From the NCBI GenBank assembly GCA_016193065.1, contig JACPSX010000032.1, positions 1-37,630 on the forward strand: a stretch of DNA of 37,630 bases, given 5' to 3'. Each line of letters opens with the position of its first letter. The first letter of the stretch is position 1. The notes beneath the pieces were generated by a model. It was not told the DNA's origin, did not search any database, and saw only the letters and a list, made by a program, of their open reading frames with translations. The stretch comes from Candidatus Tectimicrobiota bacterium (lineage in GTDB: Bacteria > JACPSX01). Positions 8,947 to 18,039 of this stretch are shown in pieces. The translations under genes were made by a program, and so were the position numbers.

Positions 8947-9763
8947 CGTCCTCACGCTCTTTCCGGAGATCCTGCAGTCCCCTTTGAACGCGAGTCTTCT
9001 GCGCAAGGCTCAGGAACGGGGGGCCGTCCGTTTCGCGATCCACAACCTGCGCGACTATGCTCTCGATCGTCACCGGACCACGGACGATTCTCCCTTTGGA
9101 GGGGGGGCCGGAATGGTTCTCAAGCCGGAGCCCATTGCCCGGGCTCTGGAAGCAGTCCGCGCCCCGGGTACCCGGCTTCCGGGTGCACCCAGGGTACCCG
9201 AGGGGGAGCGGGGGCGGGTCATCCTGCTCTGCCCTCAGGGCCGGCAGCTCAACCAGAAAATCGTCCGGGAACTGGCCGCTGAAAGCCGGCTGATTCTGGT
9301 CTGCGGCCACTATGAGGGAGTGGATGAACGCATCCGGTTGCACTATGTGGACGACGAGATCTCGATTGGGGACTACATCCTGACCGGGGGAGAGTTACCC
9401 GCCCTGGTCCTTCTGGACGCAGTGGTCCGGCTGCTTCCCGGGGCCCTGGGGAATCCCTGTTCGGCCGCTGACGAATCGTTTGGCGGGGGGGGGCTCGATT
9501 ACCCCCACTATACCCGGCCCCGGAAATTTGGCGACAAACGGGTGCCGGACGTTCTCCTTTCGGGCGATCACCGGGAAATTGCGCGCTGGAGGCGCAAGGA
9601 AGCGTTGCGCCGGACCCGGGAAAAGCGGCCCGATTTGCTGGATCCCGGTGCGCTGACACCGGAGGACCGCACGATCCTGGAAGAGATCGAGCGGGAGGAC
9701 CTGTTAAGAACTTCCTCGCCGGACGGTCGCGCCGTGGAGCCCTCCGCAGCGCGACAAAAATGA
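8936..9763 (+). CDS. trmD: tRNA (guanine37-N1)-methyltransferase
   Basis: LTLFPE, DDSPFGGGAGMVLK, CGHYEGVDERI, SIGDYILTGGE, DYPHYTRP. Confidence 0.97.
   Translation: MWIDVLTLFPEILQSPLNASLLRKAQERGAVRFAIHNLRDYALDRHRTTDDSPFGGGAGMVLKPEPIARALEAVRAPGTRLPGAPRVPEGERGRVILLCPQGRQLNQKIVRELAAESRLILVCGHYEGVDERIRLHYVDDEISIGDYILTGGELPALVLLDAVVRLLPGALGNPCSAADESFGGGGLDYPHYTRPRKFGDKRVPDVLLSGDHREIARWRRKEALRRTREKRPDLLDPGALTPEDRTILEEIEREDLLRTSSPDGRAVEPSAARQK
9164..9200. repeat. GGGTACCC-family palindromic segment within trmD coding sequence
   Basis: CCGGGTACCCGG-CTTCC-GGGTGCACCC-A-GGGTACCCG: three palindromes in 37 nt, sharing the GGGTACCC core of the intergenic family B. Confidence 0.65.
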
Positions 9764-10368
9764 GTCGATTCTTTTCCGACGTTTTTCTAGCCCTGGTTCA
9801 CTATCCGGTTACCAACAAGCGGGGTGAAGTGGTCGTCACGGCCCTCACCACTCTTGACCTGCACGATATTTCCAGAGCTGCGGTCACTTACGGGGTGCGC
9901 GGGTTTTATGTGGTGACCCCTCTGGATGCTCACAAGGAACTGGCGGCGCGGATGTGGCGCCATTGGACCGAAGGCTACGGTTCGACCTATAATCCCTTGC
10001 GGGGGGAAGCCCTGCGCAATTCCCGGGTCGTTGATACTGTAGCAGACGCCGTCGCGGCTGCGACCCGGGAGGCGGGCAGACCTCCGGTCGTTGTGGCCAC
10101 GACGGCTCGGGATGTTTCGAGGCCGCGGCTCTCTTACGAGGTGCTGCGCCGGCAGTTGCAGGAATCCGGGGGCGCCTATCTTCTCCTGTTCGGAACCGGC
10201 TGGGGTCTGGCGGAGGAGATCCTCTTAAAAGCAGACCAGGTGCTGGATCCGATATACGGCCCGACCCCGTACAATCACCTTTCGGTGCGCAGCGCCGTTG
10301 CCATCACCCTGGACCGCCTTCTCGGATTGCGAGGAGGGGAAGAGAATTTTCGGCAGGGCACAGAGTGA
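9760..10368 (+). CDS. SPOUT-class SAM-dependent RNA methyltransferase (PF09936-like, TrmD-associated)
   Basis: LALVHYPV, LDLHDISR, FGTGWGL, YNHLSVRSA; ATGA overlap with trmD. Confidence 0.88.
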   Translation: MSRFFSDVFLALVHYPVTNKRGEVVVTALTTLDLHDISRAAVTYGVRGFYVVTPLDAHKELAARMWRHWTEGYGSTYNPLRGEALRNSRVVDTVADAVAAATREAGRPPVVVATTARDVSRPRLSYEVLRRQLQESGGAYLLLFGTGWGLAEEILLKADQVLDPIYGPTPYNHLSVRSAVAITLDRLLGLRGGEENFRQGTE

Positions 10369-10393
10369 CTCCGGTTCTCTGCCGTGCTATACT
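10365..10393 (+). promoter_or_regulatory. Putative internal promoter for rplS
   Basis: GTGACT-N17-TATACT with extended -10 TGn. Confidence 0.6.
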
Positions 10394-10522
10394 ACTCCCC
10401 CGTGTCGGGCAGGGACCCAAGAATACAGCCCAGCGAACACGCAATCCTACGCTCCCGCAGAAGGGCGTTGTCCTATTGATGAGGGCGTGGCTTAAGAATT
10501 TTCAGTAGAGGAGAAATATTCC

Positions 10523-10909
10523 ATGGGTGGGGTGGAGATCGTCGCGGCCGAGCAGGTAAAGCAGCGAGTGCCCTCCTTTCGAATCGGGGACCAGGTGAAA
10601 GTTCACCTCCGCATCAGCGAGGGGGAAAAAGACCGGATTCAGGTGTTTGAGGGGGTTGTCATTTCCCGTCGCGGTGAGGGCGTCAACGAGAGTTTTACCG
10701 TGCGGAAAATTTCCTATGGGATCGGGGTCGAGCGGATTTTTCCCTTGCACTCGCCCCGGGTGGAGAAAATCGAAGTGGTCCGGCAGGGCAAGGTGCGGCG
10801 GGCCAAGCTCTACTACTTGAGGCAGAGGGTGGGGCAGAAGGCCCGGATCAAGGAGAAGGGGGTCAGAGAATCCTCGGGGGCCGGGAAAAAGGGAGCCGGA
10901 AAGGCTTAG
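10523..10909 (+). CDS. rplS: 50S ribosomal protein L19
   Basis: [39 protein letters not shown]. Confidence 0.98.
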   Translation: MGGVEIVAAEQVKQRVPSFRIGDQVKVHLRISEGEKDRIQVFEGVVISRRGEGVNESFTVRKISYGIGVERIFPLHSPRVEKIEVVRQGKVRRAKLYYLRQRVGQKARIKEKGVRESSGAGKKGAGKA

Positions 10910-10917
10910 CTGACGGT

Positions 10918-11544
10918 ATGGATTGGTGGGCCCGGGAACAGGCCGCCCGCGCTGCCGGATTCATTCGGATTGCCGGTGTGGATGAGGCCGGAAGGGGTCC
11001 CCTGGCGGGACCTGTGGTGGCCGCGGCGGTCCATTTTCCAGTACCGGTTCCTATCCCCGACCTGAATGACTCCAAGAAGCTGAAGCCAGCGGCCCGGGAA
11101 GCCCTTTACGAGCGGATCACTACCTGCGGGGCGAAGTGGGGCCTGGGCATCGTTGCCGCGCCGGAGATCGACCGGATCAACATCCGGCAAGCAACGCTGA
11201 GAGCCATGTGCGAAGCGGTGGCTGGCCTCGAATTCCCTCCGGATCTGATCCTGGTGGACGGCCTCGACCGTCTGCCCCTTCCTACGGCCCAGGAAACCCT
11301 GATTGGTGGCGACGCCTGTTGTGCTTCCATTGCAGCGGCCTCGATTCTGGCCAAGGTAACCCGGGACCGTCTGATGGACGAGTTCGAATTGAAATTTCCC
11401 CAGTATGGCTTCTCCCTTCATAAGGGTTATCCCACCCGTCTTCACCTGGACCGTCTTAAGTTATACGGGCCTTGTCCTATCCACCGGCGGACGTTCCGCG
11501 GCGTGTCGGAGCTTCCCCTTGCGAAAAAAGCTTTCAGGTCTTAA
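10918..11544 (+). CDS. rnhB: Ribonuclease HII
   Basis: GVDEAGRGPLAGPV, DSKKL, IAAASILAKV, HKGYPT. Confidence 0.97.
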   Translation: MDWWAREQAARAAGFIRIAGVDEAGRGPLAGPVVAAAVHFPVPVPIPDLNDSKKLKPAAREALYERITTCGAKWGLGIVAAPEIDRINIRQATLRAMCEAVAGLEFPPDLILVDGLDRLPLPTAQETLIGGDACCASIAAASILAKVTRDRLMDEFELKFPQYGFSLHKGYPTRLHLDRLKLYGPCPIHRRTFRGVSELPLAKKAFRS

Positions 11545-11950
11545 ATCCCCAGCCTCCGCGGGCTCCCTCCCTGGTGGATCCGGGACCGCACTGGGACCTG
11601 CCGGTGAAGCAGTGGCTGTGGCTGCGCTGGCTCGCCGGGGTTATCGAATTGTGGAGCGCAACTATCGCTGCCGTTGGGGGGAAATCGATATTATCGCCCG
11701 GGATGGAGAGACCCTCGTCTTTGTCGAGGTCAAAGCGAAACGTTCGGGCGATTTCCTGCCGCCCACGTTTGCGGTAACGTCCCGCAAGCAGAGAACCCTG
11801 GTCAAGGTGGCCACGGATTACTTGATCCGAAAAAAACTGTTTCAGACCCCCTGCCGCTTCGATGTGGTCTCGGTCATCTGGCCCGCCGGGGGGGAGCCCA
11901 AATGGGAGATCATCGCCGGCGCTTTTGAGGCGGACCCGGATCTGGTCTAG
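11519..11950 (+). CDS. yraN: YraN family endonuclease-like protein
   Basis: GYRIVERNYRCRWGEIDIIA, VFVEVK, RFDVV; start uncertain, TTG 11519 has GGAG upstream. Confidence 0.88.
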   Translation: MRKKLSGLKSPASAGSLPGGSGTALGPAGEAVAVAALARRGYRIVERNYRCRWGEIDIIARDGETLVFVEVKAKRSGDFLPPTFAVTSRKQRTLVKVATDYLIRKKLFQTPCRFDVVSVIWPAGGEPKWEIIAGAFEADPDLV

Positions 11951-11958
11951 CCGTAGGG

Positions 11959-12049
11959 ACGGGACACCCGCAAAGCGGGTACCCGGCAAAGCGGGTACCC
12001 GGCAAGGCGGGTACCCGGCAAAGCGCGGGTACCCACGAAGTGGGTGCGG
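11959..12049. repeat. Palindromic repeat family B with tandemly expanded 16-nt unit
   Basis: Three copies of GCAA(A/G)GCGGGTACCCG (11970-12017), then GCAAAGCGCGGGTACCCACGAAGTGGGTGCGG; unexpanded reverse-complement copy at 26784-26824. Confidence 0.9.
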
Positions 12050-12050
12050 C

Positions 12051-12950
12051 TCAGGAGGGGCGGGCAGGAGGAGGGTTTCGGGACTTGAGAGTGCCTTGCA
12101 CATCTCCCAAGCCGATAGCGTCTTCAACGGTTCCCACGAGGGGGATCAGATCTTCACCCAGCCACAGGCGGATCTTGCCCGTTTTGGTCTGGAAAATTTC
12201 TCGCGGGATGACCACGTAGGCGAGGAAGGCAGCGTTCACCGTTAATGCAGCTCTAGCTTTTTCTTCTCGTTCCTCGGCAGTGCTGGCCAGGTAGACGTCG
12301 AACCGGGATCTGCCCCTGCGCGGGAGCATGCGCAGCGTGTAGGCTTTTCCCTTGATCGGGGGGCCGTAGACTCCGTAACGGAAATTGTAGAAGCCTGACA
12401 GAATGTCCTCAAATTCAACGCCGGCAGGGATCGGCGTCTTTTCCTCCTGGGTCTTTTCGGAGTTTTCGTATTCCTGGAAGAGGAGGTCTCGGGTCTTGTA
12501 GTTCATGGTGTGCACGCTGTAGTAATTACTGCTGGCCACCTGGATGTCGATCTCGAACTTTTCGGAGCGCAGCTTGCGCTCGCCTTCTGCAAAGGACATG
12601 GTGGAGGTGTAGCGGTGCCGGCGGTAGCCGGACACAAACCCGACGAACCCTTCGGTGGCCGCTTCCAGCACAGCCTTGTAGGAACCGGTGGCGGGATCTT
12701 TAAGAAAGCGCAGGGTTCCCTGAGCGGCATTCTTAAACCAGAGGAAGCTGATGTCGTAGGCGAGGTTTTCACCCAGGAATCGATCGACGGAAGGATCCCG
12801 GCCGGCGACAGGACCTGGAGAGGGGATGATGCCGGGCCCCGAGGTCCCGGACCCCGTCCCGGGAGAGGTCAAGCGCCGCACGGGGGGAAAGACAAGCCAG
12901 ACCCCTGCAACGGCGGAGGCGAAAAAGCCCAGGAAGTCCCGTCTCCGCAT
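12051..12950 (-). CDS. Exported protein with twin-arginine signal, DUF3108-like
   Basis: MRRRDFLG + hydrophobic stretch; GENLAYDISFLWF, DILSGFYNFR, IRLWL resemble DUF3108; GGAGG RBS. Confidence 0.65.
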   Translation of the reverse strand: MRRRDFLGFFASAVAGVWLVFPPVRRLTSPGTGSGTSGPGIIPSPGPVAGRDPSVDRFLGENLAYDISFLWFKNAAQGTLRFLKDPATGSYKAVLEAATEGFVGFVSGYRRHRYTSTMSFAEGERKLRSEKFEIDIQVASSNYYSVHTMNYKTRDLLFQEYENSEKTQEEKTPIPAGVEFEDILSGFYNFRYGVYGPPIKGKAYTLRMLPRRGRSRFDVYLASTAEEREEKARAALTVNAAFLAYVVIPREIFQTKTGKIRLWLGEDLIPLVGTVEDAIGLGDVQGTLKSRNPPPARPS

Positions 12951-12974
12951 GCCGAACCTCCAATGAGATCTCAG

Positions 12975-13004
12975 ATTATAGAGAGTGCTGTCTCCCTATG
13001 CCAA
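12975..13004 (-). promoter_or_regulatory. Putative promoter of DUF3108-like gene
   Basis: Minus strand TTGGCA-N18-TATAAT. Confidence 0.6.
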
Positions 13005-13017
13005 TGGAAAATCTCTT

Positions 13018-13047
13018 TTGACACCCCCCCCGCTTCTCCTTTATACT
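13018..13047 (+). promoter_or_regulatory. Promoter of fur-argS
   Basis: TTGACA-N18-TATACT; spacer contains a C8 run. Confidence 0.7.
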
Positions 13048-13097
13048 CGACTTGGAATTGATGGATGAGGGTCATGTCTGGTACAGGGAATCCCACG

Positions 13098-13526
13098 ATG
13101 AGCAAAGAAAGCGAGGTTTTTCGCCGCTATATCGAGCGCAACAACCTCAAGATGACCAAGCAGCGGGAGCTCATCCTGGAGACCTTCCTGTTCAGCCGCG
13201 GGCACGTGAGCGCCGAGGAACTCTACCAGACGCTGATCGAGAAGGACCCCGCTATCGGACTGGCCACCGTGTACCGCACCTTGAGCCTGCTGTGCGATGC
13301 GGGGCTGGCCCAGCAGCGTCATTTTGGCGACGGCCAGACCCGTTACGAGCACGATTTCGAGCAGGGCCACCACGATCACCTGATCTGCGTCAACTGCGGC
13401 AAGATTCAGGAATTTTTTCACCCGCATATTGAGACCCTCCTGGAGCAAGTGGTCGCCGATCACAACTTCACCATCCAGAATCACCGCGTCGAGCTCTACG
13501 GGCTGTGCCCAGATTGTCAGAAATGA
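13098..13526 (+). CDS. fur: Fur-family transcriptional regulator
   Basis: TKQRELIL, HVSAEELY, IGLATVYRTL, HHDHLICVNCG, CPDC. Start could be 13074. Confidence 0.9.
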   Translation: MSKESEVFRRYIERNNLKMTKQRELILETFLFSRGHVSAEELYQTLIEKDPAIGLATVYRTLSLLCDAGLAQQRHFGDGQTRYEHDFEQGHHDHLICVNCGKIQEFFHPHIETLLEQVVADHNFTIQNHRVELYGLCPDCQK

Positions 13527-13533
13527 AGGGACG

Positions 13534-15279
13534 ATGAAGGATCGTCTCCTTGAACTTCTACGTGCAGCTTTGCAGGAAGCCCTCCGAAACGGTTCTCTGA
13601 GAACCCTGAATCCCCCTCCTGTCATCCTGGAGCGGCCGCGCGATCCGGCCCACGGAGATTTTTCTACGAACCTGGCTATGCTTTTGGCTGGAGCCGAGAA
13701 AAAGAGCCCGCGAGCGGTAGCGGAGATTCTCCTTCGGCATCTGGGCGAGAAAAACTCCGGGATCATCGAGCGGACCCAAGTCGCCGGGCCCGGATTCATC
13801 AATTTCACCGTGCGCCGGGACGTCTGGATGCAGGAGTTCCGCCGCAAAGCCTTGGCCGGAACCCTGTGCGCGACCGCGAACCTGGGGCAGGGGCGCAAAA
13901 TTCAGGTGGAGTTTGTCAGCGCCAACCCCACGGGCCCCTTGCACGTGGGACACGGCCGTGGAGCGGCGGTGGGGGATGTGCTGGCGAACATCTTGAAGAA
14001 GGTGGGCTGGGACGTCTTCCGCGAGTACTACATCAATGATACGGGCAAGCAGATCGAGACTCTGGGGCGTTCTACCTACCTGCGCTACCTGGAGCTGCTC
14101 GGGCGCTCCGTGGAGTTCCCTCCTGATTGCTACCAGGGGGACTACATTGTGGAGATCGCCCGTGAGATCCGCAACCGCCACGGCGACGGGCTGGCGGACA
14201 AACCGGAATCCGAAGTCGTCCCGTTCTTCGCCAAGTTTACCGCCGACTGGATCCTAGAGGGAATCCGAAAGGACCTGGAGAATTTTGGAGTCTCGTTCGA
14301 CTGCTGGTTTTCCGAGGCGAGTCTGCACGCACGCGGGGAGGTCGAGCAGGCCTTGGAGGAGATCCGGAAGAAAGGGCTGGCCTACGAGCAGGACGGCGCA
14401 TTATGGGTGAAATCTTCCGACTTGGGTGATGAAAAGGACCGGGTGGCGGTCCGGCAGGGGGGGGAGACTACCTACTATGCGGCGGATATCGCCTACCTCC
14501 GTGACAAGTACCGCCGCGGTTTCGAGCGGATCATTGATATCTGGGGAGCCGATCACCACGGCTATGTTCCCCGCGTGAACGCGGCGGTGCAGGCGTTTGA
14601 TCATCCCCCGGAATCGTTCCACGTCCTGCTGGTGCAGTTGGTCACGTTGCGGCGCGGGCGCGAGGTGATCTCCATGTCCACCCGGTCCGGGACCTTTGTC
14701 GAGCTGGCCGAGGTCGTCCGTGAAGTGGGGACCGATGCGGCTCGTTTCTTTTTCCTCACCCGGCGCTGCGACAGCCCCCTTGACTTCGACCTGGAACTGG
14801 CCAAGCAGAAGTCCGCCGACAACCCGGTTTTTTACGTGCAGTATGCCCATGCGCGGGTGTGCAGCATCCTGAGGACGGCTGCCGAGCGCGGCCTCTTACG
14901 GCAGGGAGGGGAAACCGTATCCGCCTCTCGTGTGGAGGAAATGCTGGCGCAGCAACCTCAAGAGCTCTTCGGCGTCCTGCCGGGCGGGGCAGAGGTGGAT
15001 CTGGCGGGCCTCGAGGAAGCCGAGGAGGTGGGCCTTGTCAAAGAGATTCTGGCCTACCCGGACCTGGTGGAGGGGAGTGGGGAAACCCTGGAACCGCACC
15101 GCCTCACCTGCTACTTGCAGGAGGTGGCGGGTCTTTTTCATGGTTATTACAATCGCACCCGGGTCGTCAGCGAGGATCCCGGCAAGACGGCCTGCCGCCT
15201 GTTCCTGGTTACGGGGATCCTCCAGATCCTGCGGGACGGCCTTGCCCTGCTGGGAGTTTCAGCGCCCCGTTCCATGTGA
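13534..15279 (+). CDS. argS: Arginine--tRNA ligase
   Basis: EFVSANPTGPLHVGH, WGADHHGY, MSTRSG, YVQYAHAR. Confidence 0.97.
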   Translation: MKDRLLELLRAALQEALRNGSLRTLNPPPVILERPRDPAHGDFSTNLAMLLAGAEKKSPRAVAEILLRHLGEKNSGIIERTQVAGPGFINFTVRRDVWMQEFRRKALAGTLCATANLGQGRKIQVEFVSANPTGPLHVGHGRGAAVGDVLANILKKVGWDVFREYYINDTGKQIETLGRSTYLRYLELLGRSVEFPPDCYQGDYIVEIAREIRNRHGDGLADKPESEVVPFFAKFTADWILEGIRKDLENFGVSFDCWFSEASLHARGEVEQALEEIRKKGLAYEQDGALWVKSSDLGDEKDRVAVRQGGETTYYAADIAYLRDKYRRGFERIIDIWGADHHGYVPRVNAAVQAFDHPPESFHVLLVQLVTLRRGREVISMSTRSGTFVELAEVVREVGTDAARFFFLTRRCDSPLDFDLELAKQKSADNPVFYVQYAHARVCSILRTAAERGLLRQGGETVSASRVEEMLAQQPQELFGVLPGGAEVDLAGLEEAEEVGLVKEILAYPDLVEGSGETLEPHRLTCYLQEVAGLFHGYYNRTRVVSEDPGKTACRLFLVTGILQILRDGLALLGVSAPRSM

Positions 15280-15347
15280 GATGCAGTTCTTTCCGGGGAG
15301 GATCCAGCCCGCCACCCTCGCGGATGCTTCCAACGTCCTGAAATCCC

Positions 15348-15376
15348 TTGACCTAACCTTAGTCCGCGAGTAAAAT
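15348..15376 (+). promoter_or_regulatory. Promoter of aminotransferase-hom-lysC operon
   Basis: TTGACC-N17-TAAAAT. Confidence 0.7.
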
Positions 15377-15502
15377 GAATCTCTTGACGCTGGCTTGACC
15401 GCCCCTGGGTGGCCGGAGGCGCGCAGTAAAGTCTCCCGTAGGCCCTTTCTTTATTTCCTCATCATGCATTTTGGGGGACGGTCCCAAAGCTTGGAGGGTT
15501 CC

Positions 15503-16669
15503 GTGTTTCGTTTTCAGAGAATTGATCGTTTGCCCCCCTATGTCTTCAGCGTCGTGGACGAACTGAAGTTAAAGGCCCGCCGCGCCGGCGACGATATCAT
15601 CGACTTCGGTATGGGAAACCCCGATCAGCCCCCTCCCCCCCACATCATTCAGAAGCTGTGCGAGGCGGCCCAGAAGGAACACAACCACCGCTACTCGGCA
15701 TCCCGCGGGATCACCCGCTTGCGTAAAGGGATTGCGGACTGGTACGGGCGCAACTTTGATGTAGATATCGATCCCGAGACAGAGGCGATTGCCACGATCG
15801 GCTCCAAGGAGGGGATTTCCCACTTGGCGCTGGCTACGGTAGGGCCCGGAGACCTGGTGCTGGTGCCCACGCCCACCTATCCCATCCACACCTACGGGGT
15901 GATCATCGCCAACGGCGACGTCGTCCACGTTCCTTTGCGCAACGGAGAGGATTTCCTGGGCAATCTTCTGGCCGCTTTCCGCAGTTTGTGGCCGCAACCG
16001 AAAATGCTCATCTTGAATTTCCCCCACAACCCCACCACCTCCTGCGTCGATCTCTCTTTCTTCGAAGAGATCGTGGCCTTTGCCCGCGAGCACAAATTGC
16101 TGGTCGTGCACGATTTTGCTTACGCGGATCTGGTCTTCGACGGCTATCGGGCCCCGAGCATGCTGCAGGTCAAGGGGGGGAAGGAGATCGGGGTCGAGTT
16201 TTTTACGCTCTCCAAGAGCTACAACATGCCGGGATGGCGGGTCGGGTTTGCGGTCGGCAACCGCGAGGTCATCGACGCGCTGCGGCGCATCAAGAGTTAC
16301 CTGGATTACGGCATGTTTCAGCCCATTCAGATTGCCGGCATCATTGCTCTGGACAGCCCCCGGGAGCACGTGGAAGGGATCCGGGAACTCTACTGCCGGC
16401 GCAGGGATGTTCTGGTCGAGGGCCTCAACCGAATCGGCTGGCCCGTCGCCAAGCCCAAGGCCACCATGTTCGTGTGGGCGGAGATTCCGAAGATCCATCA
16501 GGGAATGGGCTCCCTGGAGTTTGCGAAATTTCTCATCAAAGAAGCCAAGGTAGCGGTGTCTCCCGGAATCGGGTTTGGGGAAGAGGGGGATCGCTACGTG
16601 CGCTTTGCCCTCGTGGAAAACGAGCACCGCACCCGTCAGGCGATCCGGGGTATCAAGAACATCTTGTAG
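15503..16669 (+). CDS. alaC: PLP-dependent class I/II aminotransferase, AlaC (YfdZ)-like
   Basis: [48 protein letters not shown] before GTG 15503; located upstream of hom. Confidence 0.8.
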   Translation: MFRFQRIDRLPPYVFSVVDELKLKARRAGDDIIDFGMGNPDQPPPPHIIQKLCEAAQKEHNHRYSASRGITRLRKGIADWYGRNFDVDIDPETEAIATIGSKEGISHLALATVGPGDLVLVPTPTYPIHTYGVIIANGDVVHVPLRNGEDFLGNLLAAFRSLWPQPKMLILNFPHNPTTSCVDLSFFEEIVAFAREHKLLVVHDFAYADLVFDGYRAPSMLQVKGGKEIGVEFFTLSKSYNMPGWRVGFAVGNREVIDALRRIKSYLDYGMFQPIQIAGIIALDSPREHVEGIRELYCRRRDVLVEGLNRIGWPVAKPKATMFVWAEIPKIHQGMGSLEFAKFLIKEAKVAVSPGIGFGEEGDRYVRFALVENEHRTRQAIRGIKNIL

Positions 16670-16685
16670 AGCCGGGAAGGGTTTC

Positions 16686-17993
16686 ATGGACGCGATTCAC
16701 GTGGGGATCCTGGGTTTCGGCACCGTCGGCACCGGCACGGCGCAAATTCTCCTGGAAAACAAAGATCTGATCCTGCAGAGGCTGGGGGTGCCCGTGTGCC
16801 TGGCCAAGGTGGCGGACCGGGACCTGGAGCGCAAGCGCAATTATCCTCTACCCGACGGGGTATTTACCACCCGGGTGGAAGATGTGCTGGAGGATCCCTC
16901 GATTCACATCGTGGTGGAGCTCATCGGAGGGTTGGAGCCGGCCCTGTCCTTCATCCGGCGCGCCATTGCCGGCGGGAAGCATGTGGTCACGGCCAACAAG
17001 GCTCTTCTGGCCCACGCCGGCGCCCAGCTCTTCGGCGAAGCTGCCGCCCGGGGGGTTGAGATCGGCTTTGAGGCCAGCGTGGGGGGCGGGATTCCCATTA
17101 TCCGGGCTCTCAAGGAGGGGTTTGCCGCAAACCAGATCCAGTCCATTTACAGCATCATTAACGGTACCGGCAACTACATCCTCTCCCGGATGACCAACGA
17201 GGGACGCAAGTTTGCTGACGTCTTGAAGGAAGCCCAGGAAAAGGGGTACGCCGAGAAGGACCCAACCCTGGATGTGGAGGGGATCGACTCGGCTCACAAG
17301 ATCGCCATTCTCGCTTCTCTCGCCTTTGGCGTGACCGTGCCCCTGGAGTCCGTGTACACGGAGGGGATCACGCACATCGACCCACTGGACATCCAGTTTG
17401 CCCGGGAGTTCGGATTCAAGATCAAGCTCCTGGCCATCGCCAAGAATCACGGGGATCAGATCGAGGTCCGGGTGCACCCCACGATGCTGCCCTCCGAAAG
17501 CCCCATTGCCAAGGTGGATGGGGTCTTCAACGCGATCCAGGTCGAGGGCGACTGGGTAGGAAAGAACATGTTCATCGGCCGCGGAGCCGGAGCCTTGCCC
17601 ACCGGCAGCGCGGTGGTCGGGGATATCGTAGACATCTCCCGCTCCCTGCTCAAGAGGGCCTGCGGGCGGGTCTCCCCCCTGTCCACTTTGCCCCGTTACG
17701 TGCGGCCCGCCCGGGTCAAGGCGATGGAGTCCATCAGCAGCGAATTTTATCTGCGCTGCTCCGCCCTGGACAAACCAGGGGTCATGGCAAAGATCTCCGG
17801 GGTCCTGGGACGGCACGGGATCAGCATCGCCTCGGTGATTCAGAAAGGGCGCCATGAGGAGCGGGCGGTCCCCGTGGTCTTCGTCACGCATAGCGCCCGC
17901 GAACAGGATGTGCGCGATGCTCTAGGGGAGATCGACCGGCTCGAGGTAGTGACCGAGAAGACCATGCTGGTTCGTCTGGAGAGCAGCGTTTAG
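16686..17993 (+). CDS. hom: Homoserine dehydrogenase with C-terminal ACT domain
   Basis: [42 protein letters not shown]. Confidence 0.97.
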   Translation: MDAIHVGILGFGTVGTGTAQILLENKDLILQRLGVPVCLAKVADRDLERKRNYPLPDGVFTTRVEDVLEDPSIHIVVELIGGLEPALSFIRRAIAGGKHVVTANKALLAHAGAQLFGEAAARGVEIGFEASVGGGIPIIRALKEGFAANQIQSIYSIINGTGNYILSRMTNEGRKFADVLKEAQEKGYAEKDPTLDVEGIDSAHKIAILASLAFGVTVPLESVYTEGITHIDPLDIQFAREFGFKIKLLAIAKNHGDQIEVRVHPTMLPSESPIAKVDGVFNAIQVEGDWVGKNMFIGRGAGALPTGSAVVGDIVDISRSLLKRACGRVSPLSTLPRYVRPARVKAMESISSEFYLRCSALDKPGVMAKISGVLGRHGISIASVIQKGRHEERAVPVVFVTHSAREQDVRDALGEIDRLEVVTEKTMLVRLESSV

Positions 17994-18039
17994 AGTTTTC
18001 CGGCAGGATCGTTTCGGAGGGGGATTCGGGAGGAGCAAG

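Noticed and set aside
11970..12034. CRISPR array
   Set aside because: Units are 16 nt and directly adjacent with no spacers; no cas genes in the window.
12964..12990. CIRCE element (GAGTGCTG half-site)
   Set aside because: Only one half-site; no TTAGCACTC at 9-nt spacing.
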